Shown in pieces: positions 1 to 12,133 of a DNA stretch of 38,595 nt. The first letter of the stretch is position 1. Each line of letters starts with the position of its first letter. The notes under the pieces are model-generated. The model was given only the letters and a program-made list of their open reading frames with translations. It searched no databases and was not told where the DNA came from. The position numbers were made by a program, and so were the translations under genes. The stretch covers positions 1 through 38,595 of the forward strand of contig JAUCBJ010004414.1 of assembly GCA_032718475.1 (NCBI GenBank). Reading direction: 5' to 3'. Origin of the DNA: Nemertoderma westbladi. Taxonomy: Eukaryota; Animalia; Xenacoelomorpha.

Positions 1-150
1 GTTTCTGCCCCCCCCCCCCCCAACTAGTTCTGTTTCTGCACCTCGGCTATCATGATCTCCTACCCCCCCCCCCCCCCCCCCCCACTCCCCCACTAGATCT
101 GCAACTGTTTCAGAATATTGGCTGCCCCCACCCCCCCCCCCCCCCCCGAC
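1..150 (-). repeat. Degenerate tandem copies of the septin last codons plus stop, separated by G tracts (sense strand)
   Basis: CDS end on + strand reads ctaatgctgtaactgtttctgcatcttggctatcatctcc; related copies at about 93-124 (ctagatctgcaactgtttcagaatattggct), 24-62 (ctagttctgtttctgcacctcggctatcatgatctcc) and 1-8, with poly-C runs between them. Confidence 0.8.
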
Positions 151-1200
151 CTAATGCTGTAACTGTTTCTGCATCTTGGCTATCATCTCCTGCATCCTTC
201 TCAACTCGGCGTCCTTCTCCGCTATCTGTTTCTCTTTGTCCTCCAACTCCCGAGCTTTCTCGCCCCCTGACGCCCCCCTCGCCGGCCGCGGACCCCCGCC
301 CCCAGACGTCTGGATCTTAGACGCCCGGAATATCTCGTAATGATTCTCGTGGGTGAGCTCCTGCAGATCCTGCATGTGGGTGATCAACATGGCCCGGAGT
401 TTAACGAAGTCGCAGTGTTCGGGGTTCTCGACCTCGACGACCCCCCAGGGGTATTGTCTGCCGCGGACTCGCTTACCTCGGACGTCCATCACTGTGTTGG
501 AACCGATAACAGCGAACGGGACCGAGTCTCGCATCTTCTTGTTCTGATCCTTGTAATCATCATCTTCATCCGCGTCGGCTGACGGAATCTTGTAGATGTT
601 TATGTGGTTCCCTTCGATCTCGGAAAGAATTGCTTTCTTTAGAACCGCCACCTCCGATACTGTAAGCGTGTCTGATTTGGCGATAATCGGTACGATGTTC
701 ACTTTATCGTGGAGTTCCTTCATGAATTGCACGTCTAGCGGTTTCAACCCGTGGCCGTTCGCGTTGATGAAATAGAAGAGACAGTGGATGCGATTGTCGG
801 CGATGTTACGCCGATTTAATCCGCTCTCGTCTTTATAGTAAACCTCGAACTGATCGTCGATGTACTTGGTGATCGCTTTGAAGCAGTCGGTGTTATCGAT
901 AGCGTCTCCGAACCCCGGCGTATCGATTACCGTTAGACGGAGTTTCACTCCTCGCTCCTCGATCTCCACCGTGGATGCGTCGATCGACGCGGTTTTCTTT
1001 ATCCTCTCCCCAGCGCTCGGTATTTGTCGGTCCGGATACAGATCCGTTAGGAACAGACTGTTCACCAACGTGCTCTTACCCAATCCGCTCTCGCCAACGA
1101 CCATCAGCGTGAACTCGAAACCTTTCTTCACGTATTTCCTGTGGACCTGGTTGGGTAAATTGGCGAACCCCACGTAACCTGGGGTATCAGGGTTACTCAT
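151..1200 (-). CDS. SEPT2: Septin, SEPT2/Sep1 group, intronless, 349 aa
   Basis: N-terminal [16 protein letters not shown]1 [10 protein letters not shown]3 DTPG, G4 AKSD, septin unique element [18 protein letters not shown] and a C-terminal coiled coil; closely resembles SEPT2-group proteins. Confidence 0.95.
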   Translation of the reverse strand: MSNPDTPGYVGFANLPNQVHRKYVKKGFEFTLMVVGESGLGKSTLVNSLFLTDLYPDRQIPSAGERIKKTASIDASTVEIEERGVKLRLTVIDTPGFGDAIDNTDCFKAITKYIDDQFEVYYKDESGLNRRNIADNRIHCLFYFINANGHGLKPLDVQFMKELHDKVNIVPIIAKSDTLTVSEVAVLKKAILSEIEGNHINIYKIPSADADEDDDYKDQNKKMRDSVPFAVIGSNTVMDVRGKRVRGRQYPWGVVEVENPEHCDFVKLRAMLITHMQDLQELTHENHYEIFRASKIQTSGGGGPRPARGASGGEKARELEDKEKQIAEKDAELRRMQEMIAKMQKQLQH

Positions 1201-1710
1201 AATTATAATTTTGGTTTGTATTCTAATATGTATAAATGGCGTACCGGTACAGAAATTGAGAAATATTAGGCCTATTGAACACGGAAACCAGGCTGCTACC
1301 GGTAGTGGCGACGGGCGACGCCCACCTCAGAAAAGGGGAACACCGAACTGCCGAACAGACTAATAACAGAATCCTACTACACTACAGACTGACAGATAGC
1401 TGGATAGCGGGAACAAATGAACAAACAAACAGCTAGTTCAGTTTTGGTTCTGTGCCACAAAGTGCCAGACGCAAGTAGGCCAACCATCTAACACAATCAA
1501 TGGGTGTTGCCGTATGTGTTAGTTTGATGAAAAACAATTAGGGCCTACCGTACTTCAGTACTTGGTACTTCTGGAGAAAATAAACCAGAATGTTTAAACT
1601 TTCTAGGCCTATATACCAGTATACAAAACAAACCAACAGCGACAGATACAGAGATAGTAAAGTTAAAGTACAGAAGTACGGCTCTACGGCTGTACGGCTG
1701 TACGGCTGTA
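1201..1710 (-). promoter_or_regulatory. Putative septin 5' leader/promoter region with palindromic motif cluster
   Basis: Lies directly upstream of the ATG; TACCGGTA at 1242 and 1297, TAGGCCTA at 1267 and 1604. Function is inferred from position only. Confidence 0.35.
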
Positions 1711-1818
1711 CGGACGGATAGAGGTATTGAAATAAACTATTAATGGATTTTTGCATCAGACCATGACCAGACCACCCCAGACCACTTTGTATGCAGGTAG
1801 TATTATTTAAATTAAATA

Positions 1819-1940
1819 CTTTCAGACAATATCAGTTCAACAGACTCCCGCTAGATGGCTAAATATCTGTAAATTTACTCTCGTTTCAATCGATTACTAT
1901 GTTCTTGAGCTAAGCTAAAGATGGCATGCATATGTATCAT
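1819..1940 (-). repeat. Diverged inverted copy of part of the 315-bp repeat unit
   Basis: ctttcagacaatatcagttcaacagactcccgctagatggc aligns to the reverse complement of gccctctagcgggagaccattgcactgatggtgtctgaaag in the 5.9-6.8 kb array. Confidence 0.65.
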
Positions 1941-2121
1941 ATGTACTGTAGGGGGTGAATGTGTATCGTCAATTTCGTTGTTAATGTTAATAATGTTTTG
2001 CAAGGGGAGGCATTCTGGCATTAGGCAAAAAAATGCAATAGCAATGGCCTACTTCCCTATTCTCACATGCCACTGCTACATGCTCAACATTAGCCTCTTT
2101 AGTTAGAAAAGCAATTACATA

Positions 2122-4850
2122 CACCATGACCAGACCATGTCCTGAGTCGTGGAATATAGTGTCTTTATTCAGGTACCTCCCCCCACCCCCGACCCAAATT
2201 TTTCTACAAATCTTAAAATTTGAAACACAGATAGTTTCACCTCCCTCCTCCTTAGTGGGTAAAGTCAAAATTTTTATTTTTGCTTTCAATCTCTAGCTAC
2301 AAGCGTTTGAAAAATGTGTCTCCGACGATATTGCACCAGTACAACACAGTTAGTTTTCAATCTATAGTGATTTGTTGGTACTGTTAGAAAGCTGGCCATA
2401 TGTAAGGATTCCTAAATGTAATACAATCTTAAAAATAGCTGAGATATGGGCGTTCAAAGGTTTATTTTATTCGATTAAATAAAAGCACCTTATTCTAGAA
2501 CGCTTTGTTTATATATGAATAACTGATGATAAAGTTAGGCAATGCCCAGCCCAGTACTACTTATGGGATAAACAAAATGTTCCAGAATATAGTGTTTTTA
2601 TTTAATAGAATAAAACAACCTCGCGCAGGTGCAAAACGGGGATGCAGACACTTGCCCAATATATTTAGTTTTTAACCGAAAGTACTGTTGTAGGTCACGT
2701 AACCAATAGGTAACTTTCCCCAATACGCGACTTACAGAATAAGTCACTTCCCAATAAGTTTTTAAGACAATAATTTCCATTCACTATAGTACGTACTAGG
2801 CATACTATTGCATCACATAATCAGATAGTTACGCGCACATTGAACGCAAGTGAAAATAGGGATCTTCAGCGCAAATTGACCGAAGTGAAAAAATTTATAG
2901 TTTATTGTTTTGGTTAGAAAACACCGCCACTGTAACCTACTACTTTCACTTTCCATTAATGTTCTTAATTAAATAAAATTAATTTTTCAAAACCACAAAA
3001 AAGTATTTTATTTTGCGGTATTTTTGCGCCATTGACTCCACATAATATATCTGTACTTTTTCCCATTCCCATACTTCTACAAAAAAATTATCACGCTTTC
3101 ATGTCATTTGTTCGTTTTCCATGAGAAATATACAACGCATCAAACTAATTAATAGAGTACTTTATTTATAATAATATGCTGTATTAAACTTGAGACAACA
3201 CGCTTTTTAGGCAACATTATGGTATTTTTTATAAATTGTTTGTTGTTTTATTAAGCTATTGGCGGAAGTAGTTAAAAGTACAAAGGTAGACCACAAATAC
3301 TCTTTAGTTTAATGGATGTAAAGTTAAACACGATCACAGTATTAGAAATAAACCAAATATGTGGTGGTTGCGCTAGAAAAGGTGTTAATGACATAAATGT
3401 TACTTCTGAGAAAAACGCATTTAGATTAGCAAGTAATTATCTTTGAGTCAGGTTTGTTGGGATAAAATCGAAATTTCGTGACTTTTCCTAAAATATTAAT
3501 GGGCTATCCAACAGAGCAACCGCCATTTACGTGGCTCAGTTAGTTTTCGTGCTGTGGTCCTTTTCTGGCACCCATCTCCAGTATTTTTCGTGCTAACATT
3601 TTCAAAAGTTTTTATGGCTCACTAAAATTAATTTATTTGCGGTACAGTATATTTTCTGGGACGCTGATTACGAATATGATACTCAGTCAGAAATATCGTA
3701 TTATCCAACCAAATTCGATTTTTGCCGTTTGAATTATTTTGTTACTTGTACTTTTCGTCCCACCTGACAAGCACCAAAAATTACAGTTGTGTTACCACGA
3801 TGATTTTTTAATGAGTTGTATCGTGATCAGCGACCTTGAAAACCAGTAGAGCTTCAGAATTACCAAACCAAAGGCAAAATTTAACAGTTTATGAATTATA
3901 ATTTTGTGCTTCTTGTACTTTTCGTTCTGGGCCACCAGAATTGAAATAAAATTGGTTATTTAAGCAGTGACATTTAGGGTACCTTAATAAAGACACTATA
4001 TTCCGCCCAGGTACCTAAATAAAGAGAAAAGACACTATATTCCGTCCAGGTACCTAAATAAAGAGAAAAGACACTATATTCCGCCCAGGTACCTAAATAA
4101 AGAGAAAAGACACTATATTCCGCCCAGGTACCTAAATAAAGAGAAAAGACACTATATTCCGCCCAGGTACCTAAATAAAGAGAAAAGACACTATATTCCG
4201 TCTAGGTACCTAAATAAAGAGAAGAGACACTATATTCCGTCTAGGTACCTAAATAAAGAGAAAAGACACTATATTCCGTCTAGGTACCTAAATAAAGAGT
4301 AAAGACACTATATTCCGTCTAGGTACAGGTACCTAAATAAAGAGAAAAGACACTATATTCCGTCTAGGTACCTAAATAAAGAGAAAAGACACTATATTCC
4401 GTCTAGGTACCTAAATAAAGAGTAAAGACACTATATTCCGTCTAGGTACAGGTACCTAAATAAAGAGAAAAGACACTATATTCCGTCTAGGTACAGGTAC
4501 CTAAATAAAGAGAAAAGACACTATATTCCGTCCAGGTACCTAAATAAAGAGAAAAGACACTATATTCCGTCTAGGTACCTAAATAAAGAGAAAAGACACT
4601 ATATTCCGCCCAGGTACCTAAATAAAGAGAAAAGACACTATATTCCGTCTAGGTACCTAAATAAAGAGAAAAGACACTATATTCCGTCTAGGTACCTAAA
4701 TAAAGAGTAAAGACACTATATTCCGTCTAGGTACCTAAATAAAGAGAAAAGACACTATATTCCGTCTAGGTACAGGTACCTAAATAAAGAGAAAAGACAC
4801 TATATTCCGTCCAGGTACCTAAATAAGACACTATATTCCAAGGCATGGTG
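2122..4850. mobile_element. Non-autonomous TIR element with TA target duplication
   Basis: Left end ta|caccatg...ggaatatagtgtctttattcaggtacct (2120-2178) is the imperfect inverted counterpart of aggtacctaaataagacactatattcc...catggtg|ta (4813-4852). No transposase ORF. Confidence 0.6.
3978..4840. repeat. 39-bp tandem array, about 21 copies
   Basis: Unit gacactatattccgYcYaggtacctaaataaagagaaaa; some copies carry an extra aggtac. Confidence 0.97.
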
Positions 4851-5514
4851 TACTTATACGCGACAAGCGGCATTCTATAACCTTTACTGGGTAAATAGCC
4901 TCGCCTCACTTAGAACAAATAGATATAACATTTGCCATTGTTGTAGGAATCCACATATCTCAGCTACTCTAACCAAATTAATACTTTTTAACCAATTTGG
5001 ATCAGTAAATCGCACCAGAATATATTAATTACTGTAGTACGGAATAAGGTCGAACTTAACTTCTGACACAACCTACATAGAAACAAGATGAAAAATACCG
5101 GGAGATCAACAACATCTGTTTTTATGTACATAAATTCAGCGATTTCATTACAATTATGGGTGGGGTGGTAGGAGAGCAGTGGCGTACCTGAATAATGACC
5201 ATCTGGGATATCCTCTTTTGGAGTTTAGTACAGTAAGTGGTAGTGATGTAAGACTTGATTGTTACTTACCAAGTAGAAGAGCAGCGGTAAAACAAATATT
5301 ATCGATTAACATTTTTTACATTATTAAATTGAAATACTACTAATATTGCATAGAGATAATAACATACATTAAAACTGGGATGTATAAAACAAACACGAAG
5401 TGGGGCCTTCGCGCAGCACGTGACTTAAATTTAATTTAAGTACTAATTCGAAAGTATTACTGTATTAGCAAATTTTAAGCAGATTTCGCCTAATCACTTT
5501 TTACCTCTTTCATT

Positions 5515-6881
5515 TCTATTCAGACATTTCTGACTCTAGCGGTATAGTGAGAACTGAAGATGGATTAGGGTCTCCAGCCCCACAAAGACACAGCCTATGG
5601 ATGAATAGTACATACGTACATCGGCCAAGTTTCATCTTGAATAACGGATAACGAAATGAGAGACGGATCTCACTTTCAGAAATTTCGTCGTATAGCGGCA
5701 GACCGATTAAATCTCCCCCCCCCCCCCCCCCCCCCCCACAAAGACGCAGCATGTGGTCCAGAATATATGGCAAGATTCAGCTTAAACTGATTAAAATCAA
5801 TGAGACGGGAGAATCTATTCACTTTCAGGCATAAAGTAGTCCTATAGCGGGTGACTGTTGAACTGATTTTCAACAAAACAAATTTTCAACTTGGCAGCTT
5901 TAAATCCGACAAAGTTATTAGTATGTCAAAATCGTAACGACGACGACGATTTCACTTTCAGACATTTGGCCCTCTAGCGGCAGACTGGAGAACTGCAGAT
6001 GGATTCGCCTCCTTTGAAAGTCACAGCTAATGGTCTAATACATATCTGCCAAGTTTCAGCTTAAACGGATTAAAAGCAAAGAAATGGGAGGGCATTTAAT
6101 GTTTAGACATGTGGCCCTCTAGCGGGAGACCATTGCACTGATGGTGTCTGAAAGTCTCTCAAAAATCTCAACTTTAGCTCATATTGATACCTACAAATTT
6201 TCAACTTGGCAGCTTTAAATCCGACAAAGTTATTAGCATGTCAAAATCGTAACGACGACAACGATTTCACTTTCAGACCTTTGGCCCTCTAGCGGCAGAC
6301 TGGAGAACTGCAGATGGATTCGCCTCCTTTGAAAGTCACAGCTAATGGTTTAATACATATCTGCCAAGTTTCAGCTTAAACGGATTAAAAGCAAAGAAAT
6401 GGGAGGGCATTTAATGTTTAGACATGTGGCCCTCTAGCGGGACACCATTGCACTGATGGTGTCTGAAAGTCTCTCAAAAATCTCAACTTTAGCTCATATT
6501 GATACCTACAAATTTTCAACTTGGCAGCTTTAAATCCGACAAAGTTATTAGCATGTCAAAATCGTAACGACGACAACGATTTCACTTTCAGACCTTTGGC
6601 CCTCTAGCGGCAGACTGGAGAACTGCAGATGGATTCGCCTCCTTTGAAAGTCACAGCTAATGGTCTAATACATATCTGCCAAGTTTCAGCTTAAACGGAT
6701 TAAAAGCAAAGAAATGAGAGGGCATTTAATGTTTAGACATGTGGCCCTCTAGCGGGAGACCATTGCACTGATGGTGTCTGAAAGTCTCTCAAAAATCTCA
6801 ACTTTTGCTCATATTGATACCTACAAATTTTCAACTTGGCAGCTTTAAATCCGACAAAGTTATTAGCATGTCAAAATCGTA
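5515..6881. repeat. 315-bp tandem repeat (about 3.2 near-identical copies plus one diverged 5' copy), itself a dimer of related subunits
   Basis: aattttcaacttggcagc recurs at 5881, 6196, 6511 and 6826 (period 315); each unit has two cagaca..ggccctctagcgg blocks. Confidence 0.95.
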
Positions 6882-6931
6882 ACGACGACGACAACGACGA
6901 CGACGACGACAACGACGACGACGACGACAAC
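6882..6931 (+). repeat. (ACG/ACA)n microsatellite
   Basis: acgacgacgacaacgacgacg... read directly. Confidence 0.95.
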
Positions 6932-7115
6932 TATTTGCATAAATTGACCCACCCCCTAACAGTGTCAATTCGCTAAAGCTCCGCCAACTTCGTGGCTCGC
7001 CCCACAAACACTAATTAAAGTTTACAGTAGTTAATATTTAATACAAATACAAAAATAATAAGTATTGGTATAAAACGTATGATCCATAATGACAGTATTG
7101 TGTTTCTGACTTTAA

Positions 7116-8016
7116 CCCTTAAACTGGTGAAAACTCATATGAGTTTTGGGGGGGCCAATTCTTCTAATTTTTCTAATGGTAGTATCTGACTTGGTTAGAA
7201 TTCATATTTGAGTTCTCTCAAGTGTATTCCCTTTTGGTGGATCGTTTTTAGGAAGAATTCGTTGACTTGGTGAAAACTCATGAGTTTATGAGCCATCGTC
7301 TGGACTTGGTAGAGATTATATTTTTTTGCTATTCTTCCTTGGTGAGAGTTTTTCTTACATTTATATTTTAAAGCTCAAAAAAATGTATGTAAATTTAAGA
7401 ATTGAATGCGGAATTATGTCAGTTTGGAATTCATAAACAGAATGGCTTCAAAATTATTCGTAACATTCTATGAATGTAAAATTCTAAGTGTTGAAATTTT
7501 TTTTATCGAATAAGACTATTTATTTTAAAAAATGCTGCGAATTAGTAAATTCGCGATAGATTGTGTAATTTTCAACTTCAGAGGCCGTTAATATCATCTG
7601 AAAGAGGAGAAAATTACCTTCAACTGTAACTTATAATAATGAAACGGCCATTAGTTGAAATTAGACAATTTTCCCACACTTTACTACTTACACACTTAGC
7701 GTATACTGATCGTCTGTAGCCGATTCAACTACTGTTGTAAAGCTCATCAACAGCCCAATACAATGGGCCTGGTGACGTAGACAGAAAAGTTAATGCTACC
7801 TTCCCGGGAGCTGATAAACAAATGTATAGCCGAAACTCATGTGAGTTGAAACCAAGTCAGAACGGTTTTTCTATAACTCATATTTGAGTTTACACCAAGT
7901 CAGAATAGATTTCATCAATAATTCCCGCCAAGTAGAACTGACAATCGCAAAACTCATATTTGAGTTTTCACCAAGTGGAGATGGCGTTTTAGAAAAAATC
8001 GTTACCAGTTTAAGGG
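7116..8016. mobile_element. piggyBac-like MITE, 901 bp
   Basis: TTAA at 7112-7115 and 8017-8020; perfect 13-bp TIR CCCTTAAACTGGT/ACCAGTTTAAGGG; repeated subterminal palindromes aaactcatatgagttt near both ends; non-coding. Confidence 0.88.
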
Positions 8017-8084
8017 TTAAAAAATTTCATCCAATTTCCATAGTTGTGATGTTGTTGAAGCCAATATTATGTAACTTGGGTGAT

Positions 8085-10376
8085 GTGTGGCCAAGGCCAA
8101 TACATAAACTTTGTATTGTGTGGCCAATACATAAATTTAAAATTTGTATTGTGTGGCCAATACATAAATTTAAACTTTGTTTTGTGTGGCCAATACATAA
8201 ATTTAAACTTTGTTTTGTGTGGCCAATACATAAATTTAAACTTTGTTTTGTGTGGCCAATACATAAATTTAAACTTTGTATTGTGTGGCCAATACATAAA
8301 TTTAAACTTTGTATTGTGTGGCCAATACATAAATTTAAACGTTGTATTGTGTGGCCAATACATAAATTTAAACTTTGTTTTGTGTGGCCAATACATAAAT
8401 TTAAACTTTGTATTGTGTGGCGAATACATAAATTTAAACGTTCTATTGTGTGGCCAATACATAAATTTAAAATTTGTATTGTGTGGCCAATACATAAATT
8501 TAAACGTTGTATTGTGTGGCCAATACATAAATTTAAACTTTGTTTTGTGTGGCCAATACATAAATTTAAACTTTGTTTTGTGTGGCCAATACATAAATTT
8601 AAACTTTGTTTTGTGTGGCCAATACATAAATTTAAACTTTGTATTGTGTGGCCAATACATAAATTTAAACGTTGTATTGTGTGGCCAATACATAAATTTA
8701 AACTTTGTATTGTGTGGCCAATACATAAATTTAAACTTGTATTGTGTGGCCAATACATAAACTTAAACTTTGTATTGTGTGGCCAATACATAAATTTAAA
8801 CTTTGTTTTGTGTGGCCAATACATAAATTTAAACTTTGTTTTGTGTGGCCAATACATAAATTTAAACTTTGTATTGTGTGGCCAATACATAAATTTAAAC
8901 TATGTTTTGTGTGGCCAATACATAAATTTAAACTTTGTTTTGTGTGGCCAATACATAAATTTAAACTTTGTTTTGTGTGGCCAATACATAAATTTAAACT
9001 TTGTTTTGTGTGGCCAATACATAAATTTAAACTTTGTTTTGTGTGGCCAATACATAAATTTAAACTTTGTTTTGTGTGGCCAATACATAAATTTAAACTT
9101 TGTTTTGTGTGGCCAATACATAAACTTAAACTTTGTTTTGTGTGGCCAATACATAAATTTAAACTTTGTTTTGTGTGGCCAATACATAAATTTAAACTTT
9201 GTTTTGTGTGGCCAATACATAAATTTAAACTTTGTTTTGTGTGGCCAATACATAAATTTAAACGTTGTATTGTGTGGCCAATACATAAATTTAAACTTTG
9301 TTTTGTGTGGCCAATACATAAATTTAAACTTTGTTTTGTGTGGCCAATACATAAATTTAAACTTTGTTTTGTGTGGCCAATACATAAACTTAAACTTTGT
9401 TTTGTGTGGCCAATACATAAATTTAAACTTTGTTTTGTGTGGCCAATACATAAATTTAAACTTTGTTTTGTGTGGCCAATACATAAATTTAAACTTTGTT
9501 TTGTGTGGCCAATACATAAATTTAAACTTTGTTTTGTGTGGCCAATACATAAACTTAAACTTTGTTTTGTGTGGCCAATACATAAATTTAAACTTTGTTT
9601 TGTGTGGCCAATACATAAATTTAAACTTTGTTTTGTGTGGCCAATACATAAATTTAAACTTTGTTTTGTGTGGCCAATACATAAATTTAAACTTTGTTTT
9701 GTGTGGCCAATACATAAACTTAAACTTTGTTTTGTGTGGCCAATACATAAATTTAAACTTTGTTTTGTGTGGCCAATACATAAATTTAAACTTTGTTTTG
9801 TGTGGCCAATACATAAATTTAAACTTTGTTTTGTGTGGCCAATACATAAATTTAAACTTTGTTTTGTGTGGCCAATACATAAACTTAAACTTTGTTTTGT
9901 GTGGCCAATACATAAACTTAAACTTTGTTTTGTGTGGCCAATACATAAATTTAAACGTTGTATTGTGTGGCCAATACATAAATTTAAACTTTGTTTTGTG
10001 TGGCCAATACATAAATTTAAACTTTGTTTTGTGTGGCCAATACATAAATTTAAACTTTGTTTTGTGTGGCCAATACATAAACTTAAACTTTGTTTTGTGT
10101 GGCCAATACATAAATTTAAACTTTGTTTTGTGTGGCCAATACATAAATTTAAACTTTGTTTTGTGTGGCCAATACATAAATTTAAACTTTGTTTTGTGTG
10201 GCCAATACATAAATTTAAACTTTGTTTTGTGTGGCCAATACATAAATTTAAACTTTGTTTTGTGTGGCCAATACATAAATTTAAACGTTGTATTGTGTGG
10301 CCTATACATAAACTTAAACTTTGTTTTGTGTGGCCAATACATAAATTTAAACTTTGTTTTGTGTGGCCAATACATC
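8085..10376. repeat. 33-bp minisatellite, about 69 copies
   Basis: Unit gtgtggccaatacataaatttaaactttgtttt with no unique spacers; explains the 11-aa periodic ORFs on both strands. Confidence 0.98.
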
Positions 10377-10514
10377 CAGTAGAATGTTGTAATGAACTTC
10401 TTCCATTTCAGAAGAATAATTAAATACAGCAATTTTTAAATTTCTGCTACACTGCCCTTTATGTCAGTAACGTCTGAAACAAATAAATAAACAATAGACA
10501 AAAATAATAAATAT

Positions 10515-10650
10515 TTATTGCAAGGGAAAAAGTAGAACTTTTTTTCATTATTCTCGAGGCATTATATTTACCGAGCGGCAGCAAGGTTAATAAAGGGTCT
10601 AGAGAATATTGAAAACAGATGTTTTACGTTTTTTCCCTTTTAATACGTAA
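10515..10650. repeat. Imperfect foldback palindrome, probable MITE remnant
   Basis: aagggaaaaa...ttttcattattctcgag pairs with ctagagaatattgaaaa...ttttttcccttt around a central ccgagcggcagcaagg. Confidence 0.5.
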
Positions 10651-11163
10651 TTTTATTCTTAAATTGGTACTTTTTTTGCTGCTCAATTCTTTAATAAAAT
10701 ATAAAGCGATATAGTGTTACAAAAAAATTGAGCTGTAGTATTTTACTATATTGCTTCCATAGTTACAGCGTTTCATATTATTGTACTCTGCAACTCCGGA
10801 TTCTGCCTTACTCAATGTTAAATGATTTAGTGTTCTCGAATATTTATTAGGTAAGTTCAAAGCAACTAAAGTTACAATAACTTTTCAGTGTGTGGATGGA
10901 TTTTAAGTAAATTACTTGCAAACCTTAAACCTTTTCTTTATCGATGCTCTTTCAACTTTAAGAAATTTAATAAATTCCACAAAAAATATTTAAATTTACT
11001 TTGTTCCCCGGGAAGAAAAGTTAATCAATGCAATCCTATGTGTTACCCTTTTCTCCCGATTTCGGGGGATATTTGAGCTAAAAAGTAATAATTTAAGAAT
11101 ACAATTATTGTTCATTAAATTCTGGATTGTATGTATTGTGTTTTATAATAATTATTATTTTGA

Positions 11164-11358
11164 GGGTCATAGTAAAACGCGGATCCGGATTCTACATTTA
11201 ACATTGTCCCTACGGAAGTCGATTTTTTTTACATTTTATAACTCACAAAAATAAAACTATAACCTGTTCTATTGACTTTAGTTTATTGTTTTGGTTAAAA
11301 TAACGTGCCACTGTAACCTGCTCCTTTCCCTTAACCGATCCGCGTTTTACACCTGCCC
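11164..11358. mobile_element. Mutator-like MITE, copy 1
   Basis: Imperfect TIRs gggtcatagtaaaacgcggatc / gatccgcgttttacacctgccc; perfect 9-bp TSD ttattttga (11155-11163 and 11359-11367). Confidence 0.85.
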
Positions 11359-12133
11359 TTATTTTGATTGTATTTGTAACAACTGTCTCCATAGGAATAT
11401 CTCATTCAATACACAAACCAGAGATTATATGCATTTATTGCCTTCATCATCTGAATAAATAAATTAATAGATTTGTTTTGTGTATATGCTAGCACTGATA
11501 AAGTACCGGTATGTAGTTTCGTAAATGGATCAACAGTTTAACCACCATTAACCCACCGGTTAACCACTAACCAGCCCCAGCCGGTTAACCATTAGCCAAA
11601 AGGTAAATGAATCTCAATATTGCAATGTAAGATTTACTGTTAATTGCACGATAATATTTCCATAACCTCAATATAAACTGAAGTCAGTAACGATGAACTG
11701 AAGAACTGCAACTATTCCTACTTACATGAAAAAGTAAAAGTACGCTTTTGTTTTAAATTATTCATAATTATGTACGACGTAATTTTACTACAAAAGTAGG
11801 AGATCAAAAACCACAAGCCACTTATTGTTGTTAGTGTTACAGTACCGAAATAAATAATGATACCGTTGTAAGTAACTTTAAATTTTTGCTACATTTTCCA
11901 AACTGTCGCTATTTCAATATCGCGTATGTCGATGACGTCTCACAATTATTGTGCTAATGAAAGGCGAGTGCAGATTGATAAAGTCATGACCTAATGTTCC
12001 TCCAAAGGGGAATATAGACCCAGGAAGGGTGCAAAGCTACTAATGAAAAGCTTTAAAAAAAAGGCTAAATGATTATTTATGTTATTGCATAGAATAATGG
12101 TTAAATAAGGTTGAGTGGGTTAGTCCAGAGAGT

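Larger units (their letters stand above)
5395..7005. mobile_element. Possible Helentron/HINE (pearl-like) non-autonomous element
   Basis: Short inverted termini (acgaagtggggc at about 5395 vs acttcgt...gccccac at about 6987-7005), internal tandem core repeats, then a microsatellite and a short 3' hairpin. This is the architecture known for HINE/DINE-1-type elements; boundaries are approximate. Confidence 0.4.

Noticed and set aside
340-1177. Antisense ORFs over the septin (and similar ones over SMC2 and the retroelements)
   Set aside because: Shadow frames of real coding sequence.
8085-10376. CRISPR array (33-bp repeats; also the 39-bp and 26-bp arrays)
   Set aside because: Units are directly adjacent with no unique spacers, there are no cas genes and the context is eukaryotic.
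7884-10432. Long ORFs of 832, 559 and 510 aa with 11-aa periodicity
   Set aside because: By-products of a 33-bp unit lacking stops in several frames on both strands; no unique domain.
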